A stretch of DNA of 64,000 nucleotides from Ignavibacteriales bacterium (lineage in GTDB: Bacteria; Bacteroidota; Ignavibacteria; Ignavibacteriales; Ignavibacteriaceae). This document shows positions 10,224 through 21,565 of this stretch, one piece after another. A program made the translations under genes and the position numbers. The DNA is taken from contig CP065001.1 of assembly GCA_016700155.1 (NCBI GenBank), positions 2,746,659 through 2,810,658 on the forward strand, written 5' to 3'. Each line of letters begins with the position of its first letter. The stretch's first letter is position 1. The notes beneath the pieces are model-generated. The model saw only the letters and a program-made list of their open reading frames with translations. It did not search any database and was not told the origin of the DNA.

Positions 10224-11596
10224 TAATTTTCACTTAACATTTTTACAAACTGCATTCCGAATTTCCAGATATCTCCTGCACCCATTGTAACAAAAATATC
10301 ACCGTCTTTTTTAATCTCATTTAGAACCTGCGGAACTGAGTTTTTGTCTTTTACATAGATAACGTTCTTATGTCCGAACCTCTTTGCAGCCTCTGAAATC
10401 AGCTCTCCGGTGACTCCTTCAATCGGCAGTTCCCTTGCCGGATAAATATCTGTACAAATAAAAATATCTGAATTAAGAAATGATCTGCCGAACTCCTGGT
10501 AAAAATCTTTTGTCCTGCTGTAAAGATGCGGCTGAAATATTGCGACCAATCTTCTGTCCCAGCCTGATCTAATTCCAGCAAGCGTTGCACTTGTTTCAGT
10601 CGGGTGATGTGCGTAATCATCGATCACTAGAACTTCCTTGTTGTACTTAACTTCGAACCTTCTGTACACACCAGTGAATGATTCAAGAGCTTTTTTAATT
10701 ACAGAAAAATCTATTCCTAGTTCTTTAGCGATGCATACAGCAACCAATGCATTCTTTACATTGTGAACCCCGGGAATTTTAAGTGTGATCTTCCCGAGTT
10801 CTTTCCCAAGATATTTTACAGTGAATGAACTTGTAAATTCGTTGTGAACAATATCAACCGCTCTTATATCTGCCTGAGTAGTTAATCCATAAGTAAAAAT
10901 TCTTTTGTTGATCTGCGGGATTATATCCTGCAGCGCCGGCTCATCAAGACAAAGAACAACAAATCCATAGAACGGAACTTTATTTGCAAATTCAATGAAA
11001 GCAGATTTTATATCATCAAGATCTTTATATGTATCAAGATGCTCACTTTCAAGAGTAGTGATAGCCGCAATTGTCGGAGTAAGCTTTAAAAATGTTCTGT
11101 CGAATTCATCCGCCTCAACAACAATAAACTCGCCGTTGCCAAGTCTTGCGTTTGTTCCACCGAGTCCGCTTAACTTGCCGCCAACAATTATTGTAGGATC
11201 AATTCCGCTTTCAGTCAATGTTAATCCAACCATTGATGTGGTTGTTGTTTTTCCGTGCGTACCTGCAATGCCGATCCCGTATTTCATTCTCATTGTTTCA
11301 GCTAACATTTCTGAGCGTTTAATGATCGGGATCTTTTTTTCAATTGCAGCTTTTACTTCCGGGTTATCGGTTGTTACTGCGGATGAGTACACAAGCACAT
11401 CAACATCATGAAGATTTTCAGGTGAATGACCTTCAAATATTTCGATGCCAAGATCACTTAACCTGTCTGTTATTTCGGATAATGATTTATCGGAACCGGA
11501 TATTCTGAATCCCTGGCTTAAAAGAATTTCTGCAATACCGCTCATTCCGATTCCGCCGATACCAACAAAGTGAACTTTTTTAATATTCTTAAACAT
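10223..11596 (-). CDS. murC: UDP-N-acetylmuramate--L-alanine ligase
   Basis: 'VHFVGIGGIGMSGIAEIL' N-terminal motif and a Mur ligase 'GTHGKTTTT' P-loop. Confidence 0.9.
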   Translation of the reverse strand: MFKNIKKVHFVGIGGIGMSGIAEILLSQGFRISGSDKSLSEITDRLSDLGIEIFEGHSPENLHDVDVLVYSSAVTTDNPEVKAAIEKKIPIIKRSEMLAETMRMKYGIGIAGTHGKTTTTSMVGLTLTESGIDPTIIVGGKLSGLGGTNARLGNGEFIVVEADEFDRTFLKLTPTIAAITTLESEHLDTYKDLDDIKSAFIEFANKVPFYGFVVLCLDEPALQDIIPQINKRIFTYGLTTQADIRAVDIVHNEFTSSFTVKYLGKELGKITLKIPGVHNVKNALVAVCIAKELGIDFSVIKKALESFTGVYRRFEVKYNKEVLVIDDYAHHPTETSATLAGIRSGWDRRLVAIFQPHLYSRTKDFYQEFGRSFLNSDIFICTDIYPARELPIEGVTGELISEAAKRFGHKNVIYVKDKNSVPQVLNEIKKDGDIFVTMGAGDIWKFGMQFVKMLSEN

Positions 11597-11600
11597 GATT

Positions 11601-12080
11601 TTAGCTTCGTTTTAAATTCTGCATTGTTTCGATCAACAGGTTTTCATTTTCATAATCATATGGTCTTAAGATAATCGGTCTGCGTCTGTTAATAAGTTTT
11701 ATCCTTATTAATCTGAAAGCTCTGTTCCCGTTCTGTCTTTTCGCTGCCGAAATTTTAATATTTGATATATCCTTCAAATTAAATTTCCTTGTTCTGAACC
11801 TGTTGACAAAAGCTATACTATCCGTATTTATTTCCAGATGTTTATTCTTATATAAGTTATAAAGCAATGAGATTATTGAAATCAAAACTATAAACGCGAA
11901 GAAATAAATTATAGGATCTTTAAATACCAGTTTGAATGAATCTTCGACAAACTCACCTCTGATCACCATATAAATTATCGCAGCAACAAAATAGATTATT
12001 GTTGATTGATAGTAGATCGACATATTGTATCTGAAAATTTTAATATTTGTATCAGCATCACTCATATTATGCTTCTGCAA
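11601..12080 (-). CDS. Small membrane protein (two TM helices plus a bPH/DUF304-like cytoplasmic domain?) inserted between murG and murC
   Basis: 159-aa ORF overlapping the murG stop by 14 nt. It has two hydrophobic helices and no Mur-family motif. It occupies the position where murB or ddl often sit. Confidence 0.45.
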   Translation of the reverse strand: MQKHNMSDADTNIKIFRYNMSIYYQSTIIYFVAAIIYMVIRGEFVEDSFKLVFKDPIIYFFAFIVLISIISLLYNLYKNKHLEINTDSIAFVNRFRTRKFNLKDISNIKISAAKRQNGNRAFRLIRIKLINRRRPIILRPYDYENENLLIETMQNLKRS

Positions 12081-13167
12081 GTTTTATTGCGTTGTCCGCT
12101 ATTATATCCGCGGCTTCAGGCTTTGCAAGCAGCAGCGAATTATTTTTCAGTTCATCAAGTTTGTGATTATCGTTAATCAGCTTTGACACTACTAACAAAA
12201 TCTTTTCATGTATTTCAGCATCTTTAATCAGCAATGCCGCATTTCTAAATTCCAAAGACTTTGCATTATAGTACTGATGGTTCTCAGCAACATTTGGAGA
12301 AGGCACAAGTACCGATGGAAGTCCGAGTACAGTCAGCTCTGAGATTGTTGTTGCGCCGGCACGGGCAAGTACAAGATCACACGCAGAGTAAGCAAGATCC
12401 ATTCTTTCTATAAACGCACTTATGAAATTCATTGATGTTGCAAGATTTTTATTCTGTTCAAAATAATTTTTACCTGTTTGCCAGATAACCTGAATCCCCT
12501 CTTTCTCAAAATCGGTAAGTGAAGCCGCGATCGCTGAATTTATCGATGCCGCTCCCAGGCTTCCTCCAAGTACAAGTAAGGTTTTTTTAGTATCTATTAA
12601 ACCAAAGTATTTAAGCGCGTCAGTCCTGTTACTTAAAACCAGTGAATGCCTGACAGGATTACCGGTTGATCTTAACTTTTCTTTATTCTTAAAATATTTT
12701 TTTGAATCATCAAAAGTGATATGTATATCATTAGCATATCTTTCAAGGATTCTTGTTGTTACTCCCGGGTAACTATTCTGCTCAAGCAATATTACTTTTG
12801 ATCCGGTAACTTTAGCGCCAAACACGGCTGGTCCGGCAACGTAACCGCCTGAACCTATTACAACTTTTGGCTTGAATTTCAGGCTGATCAGTATTGATTG
12901 AAATACTGATACTACAACCTTTAACGGGAACAATAAATTTTCAATTGTCATTTTTCTTGAAAATCCTTTTATCCAGATTGATTTAAATTTATAACCGAGT
13001 TCCGGTATCACTTTTCCTTCTATCCTGGTTTTTGTTCCGACGAATAAAATTTCCGCTTCGGGTTTTTTTAATTTAATTTTTTCTGCAACTGCAACTGCGG
13101 GAAACAAGTGTCCGCCTGTTCCGCCGCCTGCTAATAAAAATCTATATGGGTTGCTCAACCGCGCCAA
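12067..13167 (-). CDS. murG: UDP-GlcNAc:undecaprenyl-PP-MurNAc-pentapeptide GlcNAc transferase
   Basis: 'LLAGGGTGGHLFPAVAVAE' N-terminal glycosyltransferase-28 motif. Confidence 0.9.
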   Translation of the reverse strand: MARLSNPYRFLLAGGGTGGHLFPAVAVAEKIKLKKPEAEILFVGTKTRIEGKVIPELGYKFKSIWIKGFSRKMTIENLLFPLKVVVSVFQSILISLKFKPKVVIGSGGYVAGPAVFGAKVTGSKVILLEQNSYPGVTTRILERYANDIHITFDDSKKYFKNKEKLRSTGNPVRHSLVLSNRTDALKYFGLIDTKKTLLVLGGSLGAASINSAIAASLTDFEKEGIQVIWQTGKNYFEQNKNLATSMNFISAFIERMDLAYSACDLVLARAGATTISELTVLGLPSVLVPSPNVAENHQYYNAKSLEFRNAALLIKDAEIHEKILLVVSKLINDNHKLDELKNNSLLLAKPEAADIIADNAIKLAEA

Positions 13168-14275
13168 CTGCTAATCCGTCTGTTTTGTTCTGTTCAATTG
13201 AATTTGCAATCGCAATATTCAGTAAAATGCCGACACCTATACATTGAAAAATTAATGATGTGCCGCCATAACTAATAAATGGTAAAGGCAACCCTGTAGT
13301 TGGAACCAATCCTGTTGCTACAGCTATGTTTATAAACGCATTCAGAATAATTGAAAAAGTTATACCGAATGCCAGCAACTGTCCAAACCTGTCTTTAGCT
13401 TTTTTTGCGATGAGAATTCCGGCAACAAAAAGAACAAGATAACTAAGAATAATTACCACAGCTCCGATAAATCCCATTTCCTCTCCAAGAATCGCAAAAA
13501 TAAAATCACCATAAGCTTCCGGAAGGAACAGGTTGCTTTGTTTACTGTGTCCCATACCTATTCCGAAAAGTCCACCGCTTCCTAATCCGAGTAAAGCCTG
13601 CTTTACCTGGATATTAATATCACCGCCGTTATGCAAACTATTTATATAAGTAAAAATTCTTTTTTGTGAATGCGGGAAGAGTAACGCGGCTGTTAATCCT
13701 GTTCCGATTGCTCCTAATGCTGAAAAGATAATATGTTTTAATCTTGCACCGCCGACGAACAATACAGTCAATCCAGTCAACATCAGGATAACTGCATTAC
13801 TAATGTTGGGCTGAATCAGCACTAAACCGGAAATGATAATTATCCAGAAGAATAAATGAATAAATGATTCCTTATAACTTGCGACCAGTTCTTTACGTGT
13901 TTCAATTAAAACAGCAAGATGAATTATCAATACTAATTTAGCCATATCCGCAGGCTGGAATGTTATGAAGCCAAGATTTATCCATCTGCCGGCACCCTTG
14001 ATTGTAGGGGCTACAAACAGGGTCATCAAAAGTAAAACTGTCATACCAATTATTGCAGGTTTACTTACGCTTTTGTAAATCTCATAAGGTATGAATGCGA
14101 AAAGCACCATAAATCCAAAACCAAGTAAAACTTTGCCGAGATGTGAATTAAATAAATGATATAGACTTTCAAATTTGAAAATACTATATGAACTGCTTGC
14201 ACTCATCACAATTGCCAGACCAAGCAGCATCAATAATACAACATCAAAGAAAACTGTGAGTGCCAATTTTTTCAT
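13142..14275 (-). CDS. ftsW: SEDS-family peptidoglycan polymerase FtsW
   Basis: About 10 TM helices, located between murD and murG. Confidence 0.85.
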   Translation of the reverse strand: MKKLALTVFFDVVLLMLLGLAIVMSASSSYSIFKFESLYHLFNSHLGKVLLGFGFMVLFAFIPYEIYKSVSKPAIIGMTVLLLMTLFVAPTIKGAGRWINLGFITFQPADMAKLVLIIHLAVLIETRKELVASYKESFIHLFFWIIIISGLVLIQPNISNAVILMLTGLTVLFVGGARLKHIIFSALGAIGTGLTAALLFPHSQKRIFTYINSLHNGGDINIQVKQALLGLGSGGLFGIGMGHSKQSNLFLPEAYGDFIFAILGEEMGFIGAVVIILSYLVLFVAGILIAKKAKDRFGQLLAFGITFSIILNAFINIAVATGLVPTTGLPLPFISYGGTSLIFQCIGVGILLNIAIANSIEQNKTDGLAVGAVEQPI

Positions 14276-15622
14276 TTATAATTCATTCACTGCTTTTTTA
14301 AAAACTTGTCCACGGTGCTCATAGTTATCAAACATATCGAAGCTTGCGCAGGCTGGCGAAAGTAGTACAATCTCATTTTCCCTTGCTTCATTAACAGCGC
14401 TGACTACTATTTCTTCCATGGATTTTTTTATTTCTACTTTAACAAGACTATGAAAAAAGTTAAATACTTTTTCAGCAGAAGAACCGATTGCGTATATCTT
14501 CTGAACTTTTTCGACTACAAGATCTTTTATCTGGTTATAGTCATTCCCTTTATCCTGTCCACCGAGTATAAGAAAAATCGGGGCGTTAAAACTTCTTAGT
14601 GCATACCATACTGAATCCACATTGGTTGCTTTGGAATCATTAATAAACTTGACACCATCAATTTCCCTTACCAGTTCAAGCCGGTGTTCAACGCCTTTGA
14701 AAGTTTTCAGTCCCTCTAGGATTTTCTCATTCTCAAAACCAAATACTTTTGCCGCACAGATTACTGCCATTGCATTAGCAACATTATGCTCGCCACGAAT
14801 AAATATATCATCAGTCGTACAGGAAAAATCAGTATTTCCGTTTCTGTTGTAAACGACTGTTTCACCTGTCAATCCGCAGCCATCCTTTATTTCATCTTTC
14901 AATGAAAAATACAGGTCACGGCTTTTATGTTGACCTACAGCATCCATAAGACTTTCACTGTCTCTGTTCAATATCAGGAAATCGTTTTCATCCTGGTTTT
15001 TATAAATATTCAGTTTTGAAGCGATATAGTTTTCAAATTTATTTTCATACCTGTTAAGATGATCAGGTGTTATGTTGAGTATCATAGCGACAGCAGGTTT
15101 GAATTTATCTATCAGGTCTAATTGAAAGCTTGAAACTTCAAGCGATACAAATTCATTTTCTTTAACATCCGGTGCTATTTCTGAAAAAGCCAGTCCTATA
15201 TTCCCCGCTGTATAAGTTTTGGCTCCGCATACATTAAACAAATGTGAACACAAACTTGTTGTGGTTGTTTTTCCGTTTGTTCCGGTTATAGCAATAATTT
15301 TTCCTTTGCAATACCACGAAGCAAATTCAAGTTCACTGACTACTTTTATTTTTTTTGAGATAGCATTCTTTAATACCGGCGCATCTGATGGAACACCGGG
15401 ACTAACAACCATCAAGTCACATTCATAAACTTTTTCAGAGTGCTGTCCGATCTCAAATGAAATATTTTCTTTCTTCAACTGCTCAACGGATTTTCTTACT
15501 TTGTCATTATCGGATGAATCACTCACGAACGGGACAGCATCAAATCTCTTTGCGAGTTTAGCCGCACCAACACCGCTTCTGAATGCGCCGACAATTGATA
15601 TTTTCTTTCCGTTTATTTTCAT
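14276..15622 (-). CDS. murD: UDP-N-acetylmuramoylalanine--D-glutamate ligase
   Basis: Mur ligase P-loop 'GTNGKTTTTS', located between mraY and ftsW. Confidence 0.9.
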   Translation of the reverse strand: MKINGKKISIVGAFRSGVGAAKLAKRFDAVPFVSDSSDNDKVRKSVEQLKKENISFEIGQHSEKVYECDLMVVSPGVPSDAPVLKNAISKKIKVVSELEFASWYCKGKIIAITGTNGKTTTTSLCSHLFNVCGAKTYTAGNIGLAFSEIAPDVKENEFVSLEVSSFQLDLIDKFKPAVAMILNITPDHLNRYENKFENYIASKLNIYKNQDENDFLILNRDSESLMDAVGQHKSRDLYFSLKDEIKDGCGLTGETVVYNRNGNTDFSCTTDDIFIRGEHNVANAMAVICAAKVFGFENEKILEGLKTFKGVEHRLELVREIDGVKFINDSKATNVDSVWYALRSFNAPIFLILGGQDKGNDYNQIKDLVVEKVQKIYAIGSSAEKVFNFFHSLVKVEIKKSMEEIVVSAVNEARENEIVLLSPACASFDMFDNYEHRGQVFKKAVNEL

Positions 15623-16731
15623 TAACGAATCTTAAATGAAGTTAAGCTAACAATAGCAAGAATTATTGCTATGATATAAAACCTTACTACTATTTTCGGC
15701 TCGGGCCATCCAAGCATTTCAAAATGATGATGGATAGGTGCCATCTTAAACACTCTTCTTCCCTCTCCGTATTTTTTCTTTGTGTACTTGAAATACAATC
15801 TTTGAACTATAACTGAAATTGTTTCCATAAAGAACACACCGCCTAAAATCGGTATCAGCAATTCCTTTTTTACAAGTACAGCGAGTATTCCAAACGCACC
15901 GCCAAGTGCAAGTGAACCGGTATCACCCATAAAAACCTGAGCCGGATAAGAGTTGAACCAAAGGAATCCAAGTGAAGCTCCTATCATCGCTGCAATAAAA
16001 ACAGTAAGCTCACCGGAGCCGGGCAGAAAAATTATGTTCAGGTAATTTGAATAAATCGCGTTACCGCTTACATACGCGATAACCGCAAGCGCAAGCATAA
16101 CTATAGTAGTTATTCCGATTGCCAATCCATCCAATCCATCAGTCAGGTTAACAGCATTGGAAGTTGCGGTTATTATGAATACAACAACCGGTATATACAA
16201 GTATGAAAAATCAAAATTCACATCTTTAAGGAACGGAACAGTTGTAACGGAATTAATTCCTTCAAACTGCGGCGAGAAGTAAATGACGGAACCCACTATA
16301 AGCCCGATTACAATCTGACCTAATAGTTTATATCTTGCTATCAATCCGTTGGGGAATTTTTTTACAACTTTTAAATAATCATCAAGAAAACCTACGAGAC
16401 TTAACCAGAGTGTTCCGGTGAGTATTAATATTATATAAGTACTGTTTATATCAGCCCAAAGCAGAACCGGGATTGCAACAGAAAGTACAACGATTATTCC
16501 ACCCATAGTTGGTGTTCCGGCTTTTGACCAATGAAATTTTGGTCCGTCAGCTTTTTTTGCTTCACCTATCTGATACTTTTGTAACACGCGGATTATTCTC
16601 GGTCCTAAATAGAGTGATAGAAATAATCCGGTTATCGCTGCCAGTGCGGATCTGAAAGTGAGGAACCGGAAAATATCAAACCCCGGAGGACTGAAAGTTT
16701 TGTTTATATATTCAAATAGATAGTAAAGCAT
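15622..16731 (-). CDS. mraY: Phospho-N-acetylmuramoyl-pentapeptide transferase
   Basis: Polytopic membrane protein with 'NAVNLTDGLDGLA' and 'HHHFE' MraY motifs. Confidence 0.9.
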   Translation of the reverse strand: MLYYLFEYINKTFSPPGFDIFRFLTFRSALAAITGLFLSLYLGPRIIRVLQKYQIGEAKKADGPKFHWSKAGTPTMGGIIVVLSVAIPVLLWADINSTYIILILTGTLWLSLVGFLDDYLKVVKKFPNGLIARYKLLGQIVIGLIVGSVIYFSPQFEGINSVTTVPFLKDVNFDFSYLYIPVVVFIITATSNAVNLTDGLDGLAIGITTIVMLALAVIAYVSGNAIYSNYLNIIFLPGSGELTVFIAAMIGASLGFLWFNSYPAQVFMGDTGSLALGGAFGILAVLVKKELLIPILGGVFFMETISVIVQRLYFKYTKKKYGEGRRVFKMAPIHHHFEMLGWPEPKIVVRFYIIAIILAIVSLTSFKIR

Positions 16732-18122
16732 TATCTGGTGAATCTTTCCTCAATAACTTTTACGAATTCTTCCATCTTCATACCGCGCGATCCCTTGAAC
16801 AGGATGACTGTTTCATGAAGATCCAGTCCACTAAGAAACATTGCTAGTTTATTTCTGTTCGGAAAATGTCTTTCAGTTAACTGCTTACCTTTCAGTTGTG
16901 AATGAACATTCTTCATCAAAGTACCGGTTGTATAGACAGCATCTATATTATTAGAGATAAGAGTATCAGCAAGCTTTGTATGAAGCTTAACACCATCTTT
17001 GCCGAGTTCAAACATATCTCCGAGTACCGCAATTTTTGTCTTCTGTTTATCCATCAATGAAAGAAGTTCAATTGAATGATTCATCGATTCAGGGTTTGCA
17101 TTATATGTATCGTCGATTAAAACAGTACTATTATATTTTTTAATCGCTAATCTCTTATCAACGTTTTTAAATTTCTTCAGTGCGATTGAAATTTGTTTTG
17201 GTGTTATACCAAGCTCAAGCGCTATAGCCGCGGCAGAAAGAAAATTTTTGGCTCCCTGTTTTCCGGCTAAAGGCAGTTCATATATGAACGACTTATTTCC
17301 GAAAACTAATTCTGTTATTGGACATCCGGTGCTGTTATATCCCAAAATATTTCCTTTTATATCAGGGTTATTCTCGAATCCAAAAGTTCTTTTTGATTTA
17401 TAACTTCTGCCTTCCTTTTTTAAAAGCGGATCATCGGTATTAATAAAGATTTTACCGCCTTTGTTATTTGTGATTTTCAACAGCGCAGCTTTTTCTTTAA
17501 GAACACCTTCTTTGTTTCTGAAAAATTCGATATGTGAGTGACCAATATTTGTTATCATACCATAATCAGGTTGTGCAATTGCTGCTGTATATTCAATCTC
17601 GCCGAAGTGATTTGTTCCGTGTTCGAGTATCACCACTTCATGATTATGATTCGCTTTTAATAAAGTCAGCGGTACACCGATATGATTATTATTGTTGGCT
17701 TCTGTCTTTACGGTTCTGTACTTCTGACTTAACATTGCTTCAAGCAGTTCTTTAGTTGTGGTTTTACCGGCACTTCCGGTAAGTGAAACGATCCTGGCTT
17801 TAAGTTTCGAACGCCAGATTCTGGCTACATCGCCAAGTGCAATTGTTGTATCCTGAACTGAAATCATCGGCAGTTCAAGATTCATAAAGTCTTTTGCTCT
17901 GTTTTCTGTTATCATAACTGCTGATGCACCTTTTTTAATTGCTTCGTTAATAAAATTATGTCCATCAAATTTATTTCCCTTTATTGCAATAAAGAGACTC
18001 TTCTTATTAATCTTTCTTGTATCGATTGATACAGCCTCAACCGGGTCATAATCATCCGGGTTGTATATCCTTGCTGTCGGCAAATCGAACATATCCTTAA
18101 GTGAAAGAACAATTTTTTTCAT
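16731..18122 (-). CDS. murF: UDP-MurNAc-tripeptide--D-Ala-D-Ala ligase
   Basis: Mur ligase motif 'SLTGSAGKTTTKE', between murE and mraY. Confidence 0.9.
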   Translation of the reverse strand: MKKIVLSLKDMFDLPTARIYNPDDYDPVEAVSIDTRKINKKSLFIAIKGNKFDGHNFINEAIKKGASAVMITENRAKDFMNLELPMISVQDTTIALGDVARIWRSKLKARIVSLTGSAGKTTTKELLEAMLSQKYRTVKTEANNNNHIGVPLTLLKANHNHEVVILEHGTNHFGEIEYTAAIAQPDYGMITNIGHSHIEFFRNKEGVLKEKAALLKITNNKGGKIFINTDDPLLKKEGRSYKSKRTFGFENNPDIKGNILGYNSTGCPITELVFGNKSFIYELPLAGKQGAKNFLSAAAIALELGITPKQISIALKKFKNVDKRLAIKKYNSTVLIDDTYNANPESMNHSIELLSLMDKQKTKIAVLGDMFELGKDGVKLHTKLADTLISNNIDAVYTTGTLMKNVHSQLKGKQLTERHFPNRNKLAMFLSGLDLHETVILFKGSRGMKMEEFVKVIEERFTR

Positions 18123-19588
18123 ATCCCCAGGTACTTTTGAGCGATTTCTTTATCAGAGAAATGTGAACGCTTTCCTTTTATTTCCTGGTAAGTTTCGTGT
18201 CCTTTACCTGCAATCAAAATAACTGCATTATCTTCAGAAGATTCGATTGCAGATTTTATTGCCTCTTCCCTGTTTTCAATTACTCTAAAATTATTTTTTG
18301 AAATTCCCTTTTTTATCTCATCGATTATTGCAAGTGGTTCTTCATCACGAGGATTATCCGATGTAATAAAAATTTTATCACTCAACTCCGAAGCAACTTT
18401 ACCCATCAAAGGTCTTTTGCTTTTATCCCTGTTACCACCGCATCCGAAGACTGTATAAACAGGTTGATCACTCCCGACAATTTTTCTAACTGCCTGAAGA
18501 GCTTTTCTTAAACTATCTTCAGTATGTGAGTAGTCAATTATAACTGTCTTTAAATTTTTACTTACTACTTGGAATCTGCCAGGTACTTGTGGAGTCGTTT
18601 TAATGCCTTCAACTGCCTGCTCAGGAGTTATACCTGAAACAATAGTTGATGCAAAAGCGGCTGTCGCGTTATATGCGTTAAACTCTCCTACCAGACCGGT
18701 ATGGAGCGTGTAAACATCGCCTGAATATTTAAGATTAAATGTTGTTCCCTTCAGATCATATTTTATATCTGATATTTTGAAATCAGAATTTTCGGCACAG
18801 CCGTATGAAAATAGTTTTGCGCGGGTATCCGCTATTATCGCCTTGGAATTCCGATCATCAATATTATAAACACAATTAGATGATACTGACAGGGTATCAA
18901 ATAAAATCTTTTTTGCAGTAAGATAGTTTTCAAACGTATTATGAAAATCCAGGTGATCAGAAGTAATGTTACTGAAAACTGCAGTTGAAAATTCCAACTT
19001 ATGGACTCTCTTCAACTCTAATGAATGAGATGATACTTCCATCACAGCCGCTGAGCAGCCTTCATTTATCATATCATAAAACAATCGGTTAAGATCATTT
19101 GATTCCGGAGTTGTGAGTGAAGACGGTATAACTGTATCACCTATAATAGTTGAAATTGTTCCGATCAATCCTGTTTTGTTTCCGGCTTTCTCTAAAATAT
19201 TTTTTATAAAGTATGATGTAGTTGTTTTTCCGTTTGTACCGGTTATTCCTATCAGGTTCAATCTTGAAGATGGTTTTCTGTAGAATGAATCTGATAATTC
19301 GGCTAATGCTATTCTGCTGTCTCTTACAAGTATCTTCGCTGCGTTTGTGTGATTGTAGATTTCATCCGGAATCACATCGTTAACTTCTGTAACAACTGCC
19401 AATGCGCCTTTATTAAGGGCATCAAGAATGAATTTGTGTCCGTCACTTTTATATCCTTTTATGGCAACGAAAACAGAATTCTTAATTACTTTCCTGGAAT
19501 CGTAAACGATATCGGCAACATCTTTCCGTTGAACTTCGCCAACTACCTGTATAGCACTTACATCATCAAGCAAACGTGTTAATTCCAT
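18119..19588 (-). CDS. murE: UDP-MurNAc-L-Ala-D-Glu--2,6-diaminopimelate (or L-Lys) ligase
   Basis: Mur ligase motif 'GITGTNGKTTTSY', between ftsI and murF. Confidence 0.9.
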   Translation of the reverse strand: MELTRLLDDVSAIQVVGEVQRKDVADIVYDSRKVIKNSVFVAIKGYKSDGHKFILDALNKGALAVVTEVNDVIPDEIYNHTNAAKILVRDSRIALAELSDSFYRKPSSRLNLIGITGTNGKTTTSYFIKNILEKAGNKTGLIGTISTIIGDTVIPSSLTTPESNDLNRLFYDMINEGCSAAVMEVSSHSLELKRVHKLEFSTAVFSNITSDHLDFHNTFENYLTAKKILFDTLSVSSNCVYNIDDRNSKAIIADTRAKLFSYGCAENSDFKISDIKYDLKGTTFNLKYSGDVYTLHTGLVGEFNAYNATAAFASTIVSGITPEQAVEGIKTTPQVPGRFQVVSKNLKTVIIDYSHTEDSLRKALQAVRKIVGSDQPVYTVFGCGGNRDKSKRPLMGKVASELSDKIFITSDNPRDEEPLAIIDEIKKGISKNNFRVIENREEAIKSAIESSEDNAVILIAGKGHETYQEIKGKRSHFSDKEIAQKYLGI

Positions 19589-21565
19589 TTAATAAACTGC
19601 AGCTCCTTCAATTGATACTTCAGCACATTGAAGAAAACAAATCATTCCCTTCTTAATTTTTTCTCCTGGTATGATGCTCTGTGTTGAGATAATTCCCGAA
19701 CCGGTAACCTTATAATTTATTCCGAGTTCAGTTAATGCTGTTATTGCATCACGCAGTGTAGCACCATTAAGGTCGGGCATAATGTTTTTGTTTGTGATTG
19801 TCACCTTTTTGTATTTCTTTGGTGAAAATGTTTGCTCACTGTTTTTTGTAAAGACCATTTTAATATCAGCATCGTTTTCCTTGTTCACTTCCGGCGCTTG
19901 AAAATCTTTGAGATTGGAAGTGATAATTCGGTCAACAATATTTTTGAAAATCGGTGCTGCTACATATCCGCCGTACTTACCTACTTTAGGAGAATTCACA
20001 AGAACCAGGCAAACTACTTTTGGATTGTCTGCTGGGAAAAATCCAACGAAGGAAGAGTTATACTCTGTTTTTGAATACTTGCCGTTCACCAGTTTTTGTG
20101 ATGTTCCTGTTTTACCACCGACATGAATAAGTTCCGACTTAGCATTTTTTCCGGTTCCTTTTTCCACAACTGAAGCAAGAATTTTTTTCATTTTCTCAGA
20201 CGTACCGGCAGAAATAATTCTTCTTACTTCCTTAGGCTGATTTTCATAAATGATGTTTCCGTCAGCGCCAATTTCTTTTTTAATAAGCTGAGGTTGATAT
20301 AAGATTCCGCCATTCACTATTGCACAATAAGCAGCTGCCATTTGAATTGGAGTGACTGAAATTTCATAACCGAATGAAACAAATGCTTTTGTTATATCAT
20401 TCCACTCAGTTGGTTTTTTCAATCTTCCCTTTACTTCTCCCGGAAGATTTATTGAAGTATAATTACCAAACCCGAAACCGCGGATATATTTATAAAAAAT
20501 CTCTTCATCAAGTTTTTGTGCAAGTTTTGCCATACCGATGTTACTCGATTGCTCCATAACTCCTGAAGGATTTAACCAGCCATTTTCATGCGTATCGGTT
20601 ATGTTAACATTTTTGTATCTGTATTTTCCATTTTCACCAAACACCAGTGTTTTATCATTTACAAGATTTTGATCAATCAGAGCTGACATTGATATCGCTT
20701 TGAAGGTAGAACCTGGCTCATATGTATCTGTTATAACTTTGTTTCGTCTTTCGGAATCGGAATAGTCCCAATATTTATTTGGATCAAAATCACCAATGCT
20801 GGAGAGTGCGATTATCTCACCAGTGTTTGGGTCCATCATTACTCCTACTGCATCACTTCCCTCGTAGAGTTCAATACCTCTTTTGAGTTCTTCTTCAAGA
20901 ATGTTCTGGTATGATTTGCTGATTGTAAGAACTATGTTATTTCCATTGACCGGTCTCCTCGTTTCTTCTTCGGAGATTGTGATCATCTGGTCAATTGCAT
21001 TTCTCTCAACAAGTCGGATACCTTCAGTACCAGTTAAATTTTTATCGAAGAATTTTTCAATTCCGTTCACGGAAACATTTTCATTATTCACATAGCCAAG
21101 TACATGTGAAGCAAAATTTTCATAGTGATAAACACGGGTTGGATCCTCAGCATAAAAGAGTCCATTAACTTTGAATTGTTTTAACTGCAGGGCTGTTTCT
21201 GATGCTACCTTCTTTTCGATACAAATATTTTTCCCTGTGCCTGACATTAAATCGAGATAGTGCGATTTGTTCTTCTTAAAAATTTTACTGAATCGTTCAG
21301 CGATTTTTTGCTTATCAGCCTTTTTTGTCATTCTTAGATCGACAAAAAATGAAACATCATTCTTGTTATAAACAAGTAAGGTATTGTCACGATCGAAAAT
21401 GAATCCGCGTTCGGGATTTATTTTTTCGACTCTGGTCTGCTGTTTTTCTGCGAAGTATCTTAATTCTTCACCCTTAACAAGCTGAATATCCACAAGCTTA
21501 ACAACCAATGCTACAAAAAAGAGAAATATCAATGCTATTACGACCAGCGCTCTGGAATTATTCAT
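19589..21565 (-). CDS. ftsI: Penicillin-binding protein 3 / FtsI transpeptidase
   Basis: N-terminal TM helix and dimerisation domain, then a transpeptidase with the STFK, SSN and KTGT motifs. Confidence 0.9.
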   Translation of the reverse strand: MNNSRALVVIALIFLFFVALVVKLVDIQLVKGEELRYFAEKQQTRVEKINPERGFIFDRDNTLLVYNKNDVSFFVDLRMTKKADKQKIAERFSKIFKKNKSHYLDLMSGTGKNICIEKKVASETALQLKQFKVNGLFYAEDPTRVYHYENFASHVLGYVNNENVSVNGIEKFFDKNLTGTEGIRLVERNAIDQMITISEEETRRPVNGNNIVLTISKSYQNILEEELKRGIELYEGSDAVGVMMDPNTGEIIALSSIGDFDPNKYWDYSDSERRNKVITDTYEPGSTFKAISMSALIDQNLVNDKTLVFGENGKYRYKNVNITDTHENGWLNPSGVMEQSSNIGMAKLAQKLDEEIFYKYIRGFGFGNYTSINLPGEVKGRLKKPTEWNDITKAFVSFGYEISVTPIQMAAAYCAIVNGGILYQPQLIKKEIGADGNIIYENQPKEVRRIISAGTSEKMKKILASVVEKGTGKNAKSELIHVGGKTGTSQKLVNGKYSKTEYNSSFVGFFPADNPKVVCLVLVNSPKVGKYGGYVAAPIFKNIVDRIITSNLKDFQAPEVNKENDADIKMVFTKNSEQTFSPKKYKKVTITNKNIMPDLNGATLRDAITALTELGINYKVTGSGIISTQSIIPGEKIKKGMICFLQCAEVSIEGAAVY